Positions 1-11,899 of a DNA stretch of 63,970 nt are shown here, piece by piece (position 1 is the first letter of the stretch; each line of letters begins with the position of its first letter). Source of the stretch: Carcharhinus longimanus (Eukaryota); contig JASCQW010000160.1 in the NCBI GenBank assembly GCA_030264375.1, forward strand, positions 22,812,484 to 22,876,453, read 5' to 3'. Both the position numbers and the translations under genes were made by a program. Below the pieces are notes generated by a model. The model was not told the origin of the DNA. It saw nothing but the letters and a program-made list of their open reading frames with translations, and did no database searches.

Positions 1-388
1 TTACAGTAGATTTTGGAAAAGGAGAAAAATATCAATTCAAAATGTTCAAAGAAAATAAAAATTGTTGTAAAGAAATAGTTAAAATATAACAATGTCTCTT
101 TTACAGAATTCAGCCTGGAAAGGTGCAACTTATTGCCAAATAAAATTGCACTTTTTCTTCTGACAATAATATAGAAAATTGTCCCATGATTAACATCATG
201 TATTCCTGCTTTGCCATTACAAAAATTGGCACATCGACATTTTCTAACCTTTTGCATCCCCCTAATGTACCCAGGTAGAGGTCTGCATCATTAACTCTTC
301 ATTGTATGGATTGTTTGTTAGACAAGTAGCTATCTGAAATGATTGTACAAGTGAAAACAAATCCCACTGGCACCAACGGCAAACACAG

Positions 389-563
389 TAAGAAGTCTCA
401 CAACACCAGGTTAAAGTCCAACAGGTTTATTTGGTAGCAAAAGCCACGAGCTTACGGTACCAAATAAACTACCAAATTTTGCTACCAAATAAACCTGTTG
501 GACTTTAACCTAGTGTTGTGAGACTTCTTACAATGCTTACCCAGTCTAACACCAGCAACCCCA
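389..563 (+). mobile_element. Fold-back Penelope-like (PLE) terminal-repeat derivative, family A
   Basis: Inverted arms of about 55 bp: gtaagaagtctcacaacaccaggttaaagtccaacaggtttatttggtagcaaaa / ttttgctaccaaataaacctgttggactttaacctagtgttgtgagacttcttac. The same terminus ends the GIY-YIG-bearing copy at 36370-36935. Flanked by direct repeat caccaa(c/t)ggcaa(a)cacag at 371-388 and 564-580. Confidence 0.8.
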
Positions 564-640
564 CACCAATGGCAACACAGCCTAATGCTGTTTCCTGGAG
601 TACATAATGGCCTCCTGGCAAAACAGTTACCAACAGTTCT

Positions 641-986
641 CATAGAATAGAATCATATAGTCACAGAATCCCTACAGTGCAGAAGGAAGCCATTCGGCCC
701 ATTACGTCTGCACCAACCAGAATCTCACCCAAGCCCTATCCCCTTAACCCCACATATTTACCCTGCTATTCCCCCTACACTATAGGACAATTTACCATGG
801 CCAATCAACCTAACACGCACATCTTTAGACTGCGAGAAAACCGGAGCNNNNNNNNNNGGAGCACCTGGAGGAAACCCATGTAGACATGGGCAGAACGTGC
901 AAACTCCACAAAGACAATACCCAAATTAAACCCAAGTCTCTGATACTGTGAGGCAGCAGCATAACCACTATGATACCATGCTGCCC
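641..986 (-). mobile_element. HE1-type tRNA-derived V-SINE
   Basis: Minus strand has a tRNA-like head (gggcagcatggtatcatagtggtt...gctgcctcacag), the V-domain ggagtttgcacgttctgcccatgtctacatgggtttcctccaggtgctcc and a CR1-type tail ending gcactgtagggattct. Confidence 0.85.
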
Positions 987-1654
987 ATAACTTCTGGTTT
1001 TCAAGAACACAGGTGCATCCTTTGCATCAGTATTAACGATAAACCACTCTCATCTGATTTTTCATCCTGTGGTTGCGTACGTTAATTGGCATTTTCAAGT
1101 TTTCAAATCCACTGTCACACCCAGCACTACCTTTCAGAACTTCCAAATGTCAGAATGCATCCTCCTGATGTCCCAAGGCTTCACTTAGTGCTGGAAAATA
1201 TCCAAAGGCCCTCTTTCATTACAATGAGACACTGGTATTCTCACTCCAGTATTCCTAAATATCAGCATATCTCTTCCAAGAGGCCCATTTCTCACAACCT
1301 TCCGTCTTATTGTCTCAATCTCTTAAACACCTCAAATTCTCCAACATTATATGTTCCATTTTGCACAGGTGTAGGTGTGTCCTTAAAATATAATCCACAA
1401 AGCACTATCAGCTCTCTTTCACACCTTTGACCTCACTGCAGCATTGAACAATGTTCCTACCATTCCCCTTTGTATCCTTTGTTTAGAAAATTAAGATAAA
1501 GCAAACTACTATGTTAAACTAACCTTTAACATTAAGTAACACCACTGATTTATAACTTCCACATAGTATGTACAGAATCATTGATTTTTAAAACCCAAAC
1601 ACAACGGAATAATAAAGGGCAATTGGACTCTCTTTTGGAGTTTTTTTAACAGAT

Positions 1655-1880
1655 TAAGGTATCACTGCCCATCACTAACTGCCCTTGAGAAGGTGGTGTT
1701 GAGCTGTCCTCCTGAATAGCGGCAACCTTAGTGCTGCGGGTACACCCACACTGCTACTTGGTAGGGATTCCACGATTTTGGCCCACCAAAGAAGGAACAC
1801 TGATATGGTCCCATGTCAGAATGGTGGAGGGGACTTGCAGAGGATGGTGTTCCCATAAACCTGCTCCTCTTACTCTTCTA
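1655..1880 (-). mobile_element. Decayed 3' fragment of CR1-group LINE (same family as 52810-56387)
   Basis: ctgcccatcactaactgcccttgagaaggtggtg is the reverse complement of the family tail caccttctcaagggcaactagggatgggca. Confidence 0.65.
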
Positions 1881-3982
1881 GGTTCAATGAATCAGCACAC
1901 AGGTGACAGACTAAATCAATACAGATTACTGTATCTTATTGGATATTATATACCACAAAATAACCTAACTATTGATTCGCCACATGCAATGCCACAATAA
2001 GACTCCAAGTAATTACTATGTCTCAAATCTAAATAGAAAACTCTTAGATAATGGTTTAGCCCGTAATGGTAGATTTCAGGAGCTTTACGTACATTTTATT
2101 TTCTTTTATATATTGCATTGACAGTTACTCATACACTGCACACACTACAACTATAAAATGAACAAGCTGAAGTAATAGCGGCACTTAGAAATACTGTGTT
2201 CAAGTTCTGAAACTTTTAATTCATCATTAATCATTAGTGTTGAACTGGGAGGTTTTTCAGGTCTCTGCAGCTATGCCCACAACTGATGAGACATGCATAT
2301 AGAGCAAATGAACATGGACAGCACACTACTGACCACTCTCAACTTATTCTTTAAGCTACCGTACCTTGTTTTGTTCAAGATTATATAATTTAGTTCTCGT
2401 GAAACTGAAAGAATATGTTGGTCCTATCACTATTGGAGAACCATTCCTCTCCCTTTTGGATCAATTGGATTAAATTCACAATTAATCATTGGGTTGGTGC
2501 AGTTAGCTTCTGCTGCATTATTTGTAGCTCGAATTACTTTTATTCAAACTAATATTTAAAAACCAGCTAAATACAATCTCTAAGCCCCCTCGGTTGATTT
2601 TTGTTTTGCAGGATGTACTATAATAATGACATGACTTCTCCAGACTATAACTCTGATGACACTAATAAAGCCAAATGTTTTTTTTAAACAATAAGTAGTT
2701 CCACAGTGACTCTTCTATATTGTTGCACGTGTTCTGTTTTAAGAGCACGCTAATGATGGCAACAGCATTATTTAAAAAAAGCACTGAATGTATCACGTCA
2801 AAACACTGAATTCTAAATCATGCCTGTAACTCGGCACTGATTAACAAGAAAGTATAATTTTTAGATGATGGAAAAAGTTGGTCAATTTATGACTTTTGTA
2901 CTATCTTTTCCCAAAAATAACGTCAATAATTTGTAACATAAAGTGAAATTTCAAAAGCCAATACAACAATAAATTACCTGTGAGCCTGTTAAGACAGACC
3001 TCAGCCTGCAAGGGTGCAATTTATTGCCAAATGAAATTGAACTTTTTTCTTCTTTTGCATCAGTGTCTCCAAACTACATGCATCAGCTGGGTTTGCTGCA
3101 ATATCATCCAAGTTAATATGACTGAATCGCATGTTCTGTTCAGTGGTATTGAGGAACTGTTAAGTTGTTTAACATGTCACATATCAAATGGGTCGATTGG
3201 CTGGAATTTATGAGGAAAGGCTGGTTTCCCCTGAAGATAAGCTGATGCTCATGTCTACTTTAAAGATGACATCATGTCTGGAATAGGAAAGGTCAGCACT
3301 TTCTGCTTTCTACCTGCAATCACTTCTAAACAAAAAGTAAAGTCAATGTTGCTACAACATGGGTAATTTTGTGTAGGGGTTCTTCTGCTTGCCCACAACA
3401 TGTTTGGTGAAAGAAGTTCAAGTCCTCAGCTAGTTAGTATAAGTGCCGTCTTTCTACAGTTTTCTCAATCATTCTGCTGAAGAGACAGTGGATGATCAAA
3501 AAGGCTCTGGCAGGAATTCACTGTCTATAATTTTCACCAATTTTAAATTGTCTGATTAACTAATCTGATTTAGTTCATTACTAAATCTGATCTCATTTTT
3601 AATCAGCATCATCGAGCTGAAAAGAGATTTGTTTCACAGCCCCTTCAAGGCTGAGAAAGTTGGACCATTCGGCACACATTTTAAACTACGGCATCAATCG
3701 GGGGGACAGGCTGAAGTAGGCAGTGATCCAATCAGCACCCAACAGCATGCAGCCTGTGCTATCATAGCTTTATAGAACTGATCACATCATAGGCCTCATT
3801 TTATTGTTTCCTCACAGGCACCTGCCCAAAGCTGATATGAATAACATGTTGCCAATGGGAAAGGACAGTAAAAATAGGCTGCTGCACAGGGAGGGATATG
3901 GGAACAATCATGATCAAAAGCAGGGAGTGGCCCAAAACAGTTGAAGCCTAAGATCTGCTTGTGGAGTCAGAGAATCATTCTG

Positions 3983-4375
3983 GATAAAAGCAAATTACTG
4001 CAGATGCTGGAATCTGGAACAAGAAAAAATGCTGAATAATCTCAGCAGGTCTGGCAGCATCTGTAAGGAGAGAAAAGAGCTGACGTTTCGAGTCTAGGCT
4101 TTGACAAAGGGTCATTTGGGCTCGAAACATCAGCTCTTTCCTCTCCTTATAGATGCTGCCAGACCTGCTGAGATTATCCAGCATTTTCTCTTTCAGTTNN
4201 NNNNNNNNNNNNNNNNNNNNNNNNNNNNNNNNNNNNNNNNNNNNNNNNNNNNNNNNNNNNNNNNNNNNNNNNNNNNNNNNNNNNNNNNNNNNNNNNNNTC
4301 GAAACATCAGCTCTTTCCTCTCCTTATAGATGCTGCCAGACCTGCTGAGATTATCCAGCATTTTCTCTTTCAGTT
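3983..4375. mobile_element. Fold-back PLE terminal-repeat derivative, family B, with degenerate hammerhead motif
   Basis: Inverted arms aatgctgaataatctcagcaggtctggcagcatctgtaaggagagaaaagagctgacgtttcgag / ctcgaaacatcagctctttcctctccttatagatgctgccagacctgctgagattatccagcatt. Centre ttgacaaa-gggtc-atttg-ggctc-gaaa-catc. Flanking repeat agagaatca(t/c)tctg at 3969-3982 and 4376-4389. Right arm is duplicated across an N gap. Confidence 0.75.
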
Positions 4376-6404
4376 AGAGAATCACTCTGCTTTCTCCTGG
4401 CCTCAAAGGAACTTTGCAAGACTGTTTTAAAAATTACCTGGACCTCTTCTGCTATCAATTAGTTGGCCCTGAATTAAAATTATCTGAGTGCTGTAATTAT
4501 GTAACTGGATCACAGTTTTGACTTTGTAATTAAGCCACAGCTTATCTGGTGCAAGTAGCTGTCTTGAAACCAGGTGATTGCTAGTTAAATTTCCGTGCAT
4601 CATTAGTGGGGCAGGAATGGAATGGATTCCCTAAAAGGTCATTTTAATTTCTTCCAGCCTGTGGGTCTCTTGTCTTTCGACTTGCTTTCTTACTTTGGTA
4701 GTAAAATTGATATAGAGTTGTTATAATATTCAGAATATTTAATGTTTTTCACTTTCATGGTATCAATATCAATGCATAAATAGTTGAAATATCCTGACAA
4801 ATGCGATGTTCATTTTATGACAACGTTTGTAATCTTACTCTTTGGTTTTACAAATCTACAAGTACAGCACAAGGTAGAATTTCCACTGGCCGCTCATATA
4901 TCATAACTCGGATCTCCGGGCCACCTATTAAATCTACATGTTGTTATTTCTGGCACTTTCTGTCAGAACGTAATAACAGGAAAAATGACAAGAATATGTC
5001 ATGTGCACCTTAATGCATCAAGTGATACACCTCTTGTCAAGTGCTCACTGTTGCTATGAGTACAAGGGCTCAATTTAAATCTAAAATCCTCAAAAGGAAG
5101 TGAAAGAACTGGGTGGGTGATCAAATTCTCCAGTCACAGAATTTTGAAGAATTGGAAAATAATTGTCAGCCGTCAGGTATTCAGGATGTGATTTATCATT
5201 TACTTTGAGGCAACTCTCAAGTTCCAAGATGCCAGAATCATTTAAATTACTGTAACTTTGGAAACTTGGTTGCTGACAGAGGGAATCTTTGAAATGGGTG
5301 GCAGTGCTGAACTGCAATTGGTATTACAGTCCAGGTTGATCTGTCTAATACATATTGTCCCGGAGGTGTGNNNNNNNNNNNNNNNNNNNNNNNNNNNNNN
5401 NNNNNNNNNNNNNNNNNNNNNNNNNNNNNNNNNNNNNNNNNNNNNNNNNNNNNNNNNNNNNNNNNNNNNNTTTCACAGTAACTTCATTGCAGTGTTAATG
5501 TAAGCCAATTTGTGATACTAATAAGTAAGTTTTTTTTAAAACCTTCAGTGTTGTAAAAAATCTGAAGCTGCTGCCTAGGTGCATTAATCATGGAATTTTC
5601 CCAACCATAAGAGGTACTGGAACAGCTGGCCAAAAGTTTGGTCAAAGAGATAGGTTTTAAGGAATGTTCTTAATGAAACACACTCCTAGGCATATATAGT
5701 TACTCAGGAAGCCAACTGGCAAAGGATGACCTTTTATTTATCAAAGCAAAGTTAAATCACAACCTTGTGGTACATGTACATGAGTCCCATTTGGGACAAT
5801 AGACCCACTCAGGGGTCTACCTTGTCAGGGGTTCAGGCTATTAGTTCCACTGGGTTAGGCAAAAAGCCTATTCCCACAAGAACCCATATTCCATGAGTCC
5901 CACACAAAGGTCAATTAGAGATTCCCCATCTAAGTCCTGCGGGTTATCACAACATAAGTGATTATTCATGTCGCTGGCAGGAGCAGAGATCGATAGTTTT
6001 GTGGATCTTACCCTCTGCCCTCAGAGCTGAACTGATTCCACACACTGGGTGAATCCATCATGATGTCAGCTTTGCGACCCAAATACACCGACCCAGAACA
6101 AACTCCAACAGCAAGGCCTCCAGCCCAGTCACATAAACATTGACAAGTGTCCCTGTGCAACATTCTATGCAGCTATGGATAAGAATCGATCTTTCTGTCA
6201 CATCATCAGCCTTTGACAGGCCAAGAGGAGAATGGGGCAGGTTTAAATATATAAACAAAATGAGTTTGCAATATGTGGGGGAGCCTGACATGGGATTGCA
6301 CTCCATCGAGGTGCCATCATCCTGACCGGTATTCAATGCTGAATATTTGTTTTTAGAGTGCTCTATCCCTGATGGTTTTCTACACTGCTCCTTCCAACTT
6401 TTCA

Positions 6405-6955
6405 CAAGAACATAAGGAATAAGAGTAGGAAAAGGCCATTCGGTCCCTCAAGCCTGCTCTGCCATTCAATAAGATCATGGTTGTTCTGATTTGTGGTCTC
6501 AACTCTACTTTCCTGACTGCCTCCCTTGGCTCAAAAGCATCATCTCATTCAGCTTTGAATGTATTCACTGACCCAACCTCCACTTCTCCCTGGATTACAG
6601 AATTCCAAAGATTATTGACCCTCAGAGAAAAAACCCTCCTCATCTCTACCTTAAATGGGAGACTTCAGATATTGAAACTGCTTTTCGAGTTCTGGATTCC
6701 ACTGTGAGGAGAAACACCTTCTCAGCTTCTACGCTGTCAAGCCCAGAATCATGTATGTATCAATGAGGTCACCTCTCATTTTTCTAAACTCCAATGAGAT
6801 AGACCCAACCTGGTCAACCTTGTCTTTGGGCAACCCCCTCATCCCAGGAATCAGCCTAGTGAACCATCTCTGAACTTCTTCCAATGAAAGTCTATCCCTC
6901 CTTAACTAAGATTAAAACTGTACCCTAGGTGTGGTCTCACCTGTACAGTTGTAAT
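6405..6955 (-). mobile_element. CR1/HER1-like LINE 3' fragment
   Basis: Starts with the reverse-complemented CR1 tail (aagaacataaggaataagagtaggaaaaggccattcggtccctcaagcctgctctgccattcaataagatcatgg), followed by decayed ORF2 C-terminal sequence. Confidence 0.8.
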
Positions 6956-7106
6956 GTAGAAATCCTGGTGTTGGACTGGGGTGGGCACAGTAAGAAGTCT
7001 CACAACACCAGGTTAAAGTCCAACAGGTTTATTTGGAATCACTTGAGGAAGGAGCAGCGCTCTGAAAGCCCGTGATTCCAAATAAACCTGTTGGACTTTA
7101 ACCTGG
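6955..7106. mobile_element. Fold-back PLE derivative, family A, with partial hammerhead motif
   Basis: ccaggttaaagtccaacaggtttatttggaatcac ... gtgattccaaataaacctgttggactttaacctgg inverted arms enclosing tgagga-aggagcagcgctct-gaaa-gccc. Confidence 0.8.
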
Positions 7107-8909
7107 ATTACAATTAACATACCTAGACCACATCCATAAGAAGTGTCGCACCTACCTATACTTACCCCAAAATATCAAGGACAATAAGGCCTCAGATTCT
7201 CTATCTCCAGGACTAACAGTTAAAAATGGAGAATTAAGGAAACTGATTATACACAAGGGAAATGCTCTGAACTTCAATCTGTTTTGACTGTATATCAATG
7301 GTTTTGACCAGGGGAGACTTAAACTCCTCTGTTAACATGAATTTATTATTTCCCATCGGGTATCAATGGCCAGTAGTCACATGACTGAAGCTTTCTGAAA
7401 TTTGAAAGTTTTTTATAAATAGACTTACTACGATCAACCAAAGCAGTTCTTGGACCTTTCCTTGCCTGTCCATAACGATATGCAGCTATTATAGTACAGA
7501 ATTAAAGTACTGCATCCTGAATAACAAATCTGAGTGGATAGACTGATATGCTAGTCATCAAAAAAATTACATGATAAAGTGGTGACAGGTTTATATAAAA
7601 ACCAACCAGCAGATATGTACAATCCCCAAGAGTTTCACTGTTACAAATGTAAAAACAGAAATCCACTGCTAGTGTTTATAATCACCTGGTTATCACTGAA
7701 ATTCTTCAAACATGTTACAAATTTGTATCTTGTCTATCTATGCTCTTAACTGTTGCTGCAAAAAAATCTAATTCTGATGCAGGGTTGAGTACTGAATAAG
7801 AAGCATGAGAAACTATTTGTCTCTACTTGGTGAATTTACAATAGGTGCTTTATCTTTTTTAAAAAGTAAAACTGTAATGAATCGGGAAGATGTTACTATA
7901 GTTGTGTGGACTATACTGAAGTTTGGGTTTCATAAACAGCATATTCTCTCACTTCCCTCTGTTTTACTCTGGATTATTTTTTGCAGGCATGTTATCAATT
8001 ACTTTAAGTGTATGTAGCAGATGCACACAACCACAAAATGACATCACTGAAAACTGCATGCTGATAACTGTAATTTATGCCTTATTACAATCCTGCAACC
8101 AGGATAATAAATAACAAAATGACCTAAGTTACAACCAGTCAACTTTTCTGAAACCATTCTTGATGAGAGCACTCGCGAGGAATTCAGTGTGATATTGTAA
8201 TGTGAAAGAAAGCTTGCATTGGTATCACAGCTTATCACATCTGTGAGAAACATTTCAAAGAACTTCATTTTTGAGAATTAAGTTGAGTTGCAGTTATTGT
8301 TATGTTGGTGAAAGTGGTAACCACACAACAGACAATATCATTCCACAAGTATTCCAGTTAATTTGTTTTTGAGACGTCATGCTTTGTAAACTTAGCATCA
8401 GTGTAAAACAAAAACTATTTTACAGCTACTCTAAATTCAGAATTTTAGTCAGGTACCAAGATCCAATGTGATTGCAAAGCAAAGTAGAATGAGACTACGT
8501 TGTCCAGGGAATTTCATTCCATTTTGCTCTGCTGTCAGTTTATACCAGGCTCAGCTGCGTTCACACTATACTGGCAGATCCAGTGTGAAGTCAAATTGCT
8601 TGGCACGTTCTGTACAATTGCAGTGAGAATGCAAATTTCAACAAAAAAATTATTGAGAATTCTAATCTGAACACTTTTCAGCTATGGTGGGTTAACTGAC
8701 AATATCATTAAAATCTACCATTACATTCTACTAAATGGCAGAGGAGCTGTCTAAGCCACATAAGGAAAATCCTTCCTGGAGACAGCTGCAAGTTATGTTT
8801 CCAGAATGGAGAAGACAAAAGATCAAGGGATCTTTGAATATTACATGAAAGATATCTTTGGATATAGCAGCCAATGAACTAGTTTATTCATCAGCCGTAT
8901 ATACATATG

Positions 8910-9290
8910 TATGAATTAGAAGGATGAGGCCACTTGAGCCTGTTCCGCCATTACATAAGATCATGGCTGATCTGACTGTAATCTCAACTCCAATTACTGC
9001 CTACCAATAACCTTTTTCCCCTTGCTTATCAGGAATCTACCTACCAATGCCTTACAAGCATTCAAAAACTCAGGTTCCATCAGATTTTGAGGAAGAGTGT
9101 TCCAAAGACACATGACCCTCAGAGAAACGAATTCTCCTCATCGCTGTCTTAAATGAACAACCTCTTATTTTGAAACAGTAGCCCCTAGTTCTTGATTCTC
9201 TCACAAGAGGAGACATTCTTTCCACATTTGCCCTCTTAAATTCCCTCAGACTTTCATATGTTTCAATCAAGTCACCTGTTACTCTTTTAA
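8910..9290 (-). mobile_element. CR1-like LINE 3' fragment
   Basis: Minus-strand ORF IETYESLREFKRANVERMSPLVRESRTRGYCFKIRGCSFKT resembles the CR1 ORF2 C-terminus; the CR1 tail is present. Confidence 0.8.
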
Positions 9291-9472
9291 GCTTCTAAAT
9301 ATAAAGTTACACTTGGTGCAAAAGCAAATGGCCATAAAGGACTTTAATACTGTACAACAGTGCTGAATATTTGATCCATTCTTGCCATCATCAAGGCTCC
9401 GCACCTTCGTAGCATCAGAAGTTCAGCAATAGTATCTCTTTTGCAAAACTGTTTTGAAATTCCAGCCTTGTA

Positions 9473-9774
9473 TCATAGTGCAGAAGGCCATTCAGCCCAT
9501 CGAGCCTGCACCAACAACAATCCTACACTGACCCTATCCTTGTAACCCCACCTATTTACCCTAGCTAGACACCCTGGTACTAAGGGGCAATTTAGTATGG
9601 CCAATCAACCTGCACATCTTGGGAAACTGACAGAAAACTGGAACACCCGGAGGAAACTCATGCAGACATGGGAAGAAGGTGCAAACTCCACTCAGGCAGT
9701 CACCCAAGGCCAAAATTGAACTCGGATTTCTGGCACTGAGGTATCAGTGCTAACCAGTGAGCCACTGTGCCGCC
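9473..9774 (-). mobile_element. HE1-type V-SINE
   Basis: Head ggcggcacagtggctcactggttagcactg on minus strand, V-domain and tail. Confidence 0.85.
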
Positions 9775-9817
9775 ACCTAGTTCTTAAATATTGGGGGATG
9801 GGTGCAATTATTACAAC

Positions 9818-10066
9818 TGAGTTTGATCCCGGCTGGGGTCACTGTGTGGAGTTTGCACGTTCACCCCATGTCTGCGTGTGCGCCCCGTCCCACATTCCGA
9901 AGATGTGCAGGTTAGGTTGAGTGGCCATGCTAAATTGCCCTTTAGTGTGAGGGGGTCTAGGTAGGATAAATTCTTGGGGGTTACAGGGATAGGACCAATT
10001 TGGGATTGTTGTTGGTGCAGGCTCGATGGGCCGAATGGCCTTCTTCTGCACTATAGGATTCTATGA
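9818..10066 (+). mobile_element. HE1-type V-SINE (5'-truncated)
   Basis: gtcactgtgtggagtttgcacgttcaccccatgtctgcgtg ... ggtgcaggctcgatgggccgaatggccttcttctgcactataggattctatg. Confidence 0.85.
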
Positions 10067-10094
10067 GTTCAACAACATTGATATGTTTTACTTA

Positions 10095-10360
10095 GTGACC
10101 CTAATAATTGCTCCAACATTGGTGGTTGTGCCTTCAGTTACTTAGATCCCAAGCTACGTAATTTCCTCCCTACATCTTTCCGCCCGTTTACCTCATTTAA
10201 GACACCTAACACCTACCACTGTGACTGAGCTTTTGGTCACCTGACCTGATATTGTTTTATGTAGCTTGGTTTCATATTGTGTTTTCCAAAGCTCTGTGAA
10301 ATACCTTGGGAAGTTTTTTAAAGTTAAAGGCACTATAACCATATAAGTTGCTGTTTTTAT
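10095..10360 (+). mobile_element. L2-like LINE 3' end
   Basis: attggtggttgtgccttcagt...gctctgtgaaataccttgggaagttttttaaagttaaaggcactata...aagttgctgtt resembles the conserved L2 3' tail. Confidence 0.6.
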
Positions 10361-10946
10361 TGTCCTTATTACCAACTCAACAGCTGAAGGAAAAAAATCC
10401 TCTGTTTTGAAGTAAAGAAATCATTATACACAAGTGAATTATTTCTATCTACCGTTCCAAGATTGAATTGTCCACTATTGCTATCATAGGATTGCATTTT
10501 AAAATTTCAAATAAGGCATAATTTCAACATTTCTAAATAAGGAGTTACTCATTTTATCATACTCCACATTAGTTTGTGTTCCTGCCATCCTGACAGGTAC
10601 TTCAGAAACTAGTCATCAAAACCTGACGTTATATTGCTTAAAACAAGTGTGCGTGGTTTGGCATAACTTGTTAACATCTCAGCTGCAGAGAAAGAATAAG
10701 GTGTCTGTTACAACCTGTACAGATACTATCAGAATTATGTATTGCATTGATGGAACTTAAATTTCATTATTTTATTTTCATACAATGCAGAAAACTAAAA
10801 TATATTTTGTGAGATAATGAACGTACCTGATAACCACTTAACACTCTGACAACTTGCAGCTGCAACTAACAGTGACAAACTATTTTGTTACAAGCTTCAG
10901 AATTACTTGCAGTTCTCCCATCAAACGTCCTGGCTGAAACTTCATT

Positions 10947-11225
10947 ATGTGGGTATGCCGGCGTTGGACTGGCGTAAACACAGTAAAAAGTCTGACAACA
11001 CCAGGTATTGTCTGGAGACAATACACATCTCTTTAAACTGTGATCAGTGCTCNNNNNNNNNNNNNNNNNNNNNNNNNNNNNNNNNNNNNNNNNNNNNNNN
11101 NNNNNNNNNNNNNNNNNNNNNNNNNNNNNNNNNNNNNNNNNNNNNNNNNNNNCCTCGAAAGCTTGTGAGTATATTATCAAATAAATAGGTTGGACTAAAA
11201 CCTGGTGTTGTCAGACTTTTTACTG
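10947..11225. mobile_element. Fold-back PLE derivative, family A variant (gap inside)
   Basis: cacagtaaaaagtctgacaacaccagg ... cctggtgttgtcagactttttactgtg inverted ends. Hammerhead 3' half ctcgaaagctt just after the gap. Perfect 12-bp flanking repeat tgaaacttcatt at 10935-10946 and 11226-11237. Confidence 0.8.
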
Positions 11226-11700
11226 TGAAACTTCATTGACATTTTCCAAAGAAGCTCAAATATTGACAAGATTTTTGGTAATAATTGTCGTACTATATCA
11301 AGCGACACTTGACATGGCGATGTTAAAAGGTCCAAAGACAAAGGCTTTATTCAGCCAGTATGGAAATGGGGATGCAGTTCAAAATAGACTGTTCAGTGAA
11401 CAATGTTTGCTGTATCTGTTTATAAGCTCTTACAACCATGCCTATGTGTCAGTATTCCGCTTATCACATGACTATATGATAAACAAAGGGCTCCTCAAAA
11501 CTGTGTTAAAGCTCATCAAGTCTTTAACATTTAAATTCATCAAGTCCAAACAGATTAATCAGGTCACAAACTGATCAGGTGTCAACCCTTAAATCAATCA
11601 GGCCTACAGCTATGTGTTACTATCATATTGAGCTTACTATTCTATTTCCCTCTTCCCATTATGTAACTATTCCCCTCTACATGCCTGTCTTAGTTAATTA

Positions 11701-11862
11701 TCATAGAAGAGTCACAGAATCCCTAAAGTGCAGACGGATGCCATTAAGCCCATCAAGTCTGTACAGGCTCTCTGCCAAGAGTATCTAACCCAGGCCCTCT
11801 CCCCGCCCTATTCCTCTAGCCCTACAAATTTACCATGGTTACTCCATCTTACCTACACATCT
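11701..11862 (-). mobile_element. HE1-type SINE 3' half
   Basis: cacagaatccctaaagtgcag...gccattaagcccatcaagtctg...tttaccatgg matches the tails of the other copies. Confidence 0.7.
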
Positions 11863-11899
11863 TGGAAGAGGTAGAAGTAGAGAGATTTGGCAGTGGAAT

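Noticed and set aside
4122-4375. Apparent 77-bp tandem duplication either side of an N gap
   Set aside because: Identical sequence flanks a 100-N gap, which is typical of unmerged contig overlap.
5700-6080. GC-richer segment resembling a LINE 5' UTR on the minus strand
   Set aside because: No diagnostic motif or second copy in the window, so it cannot be assigned.
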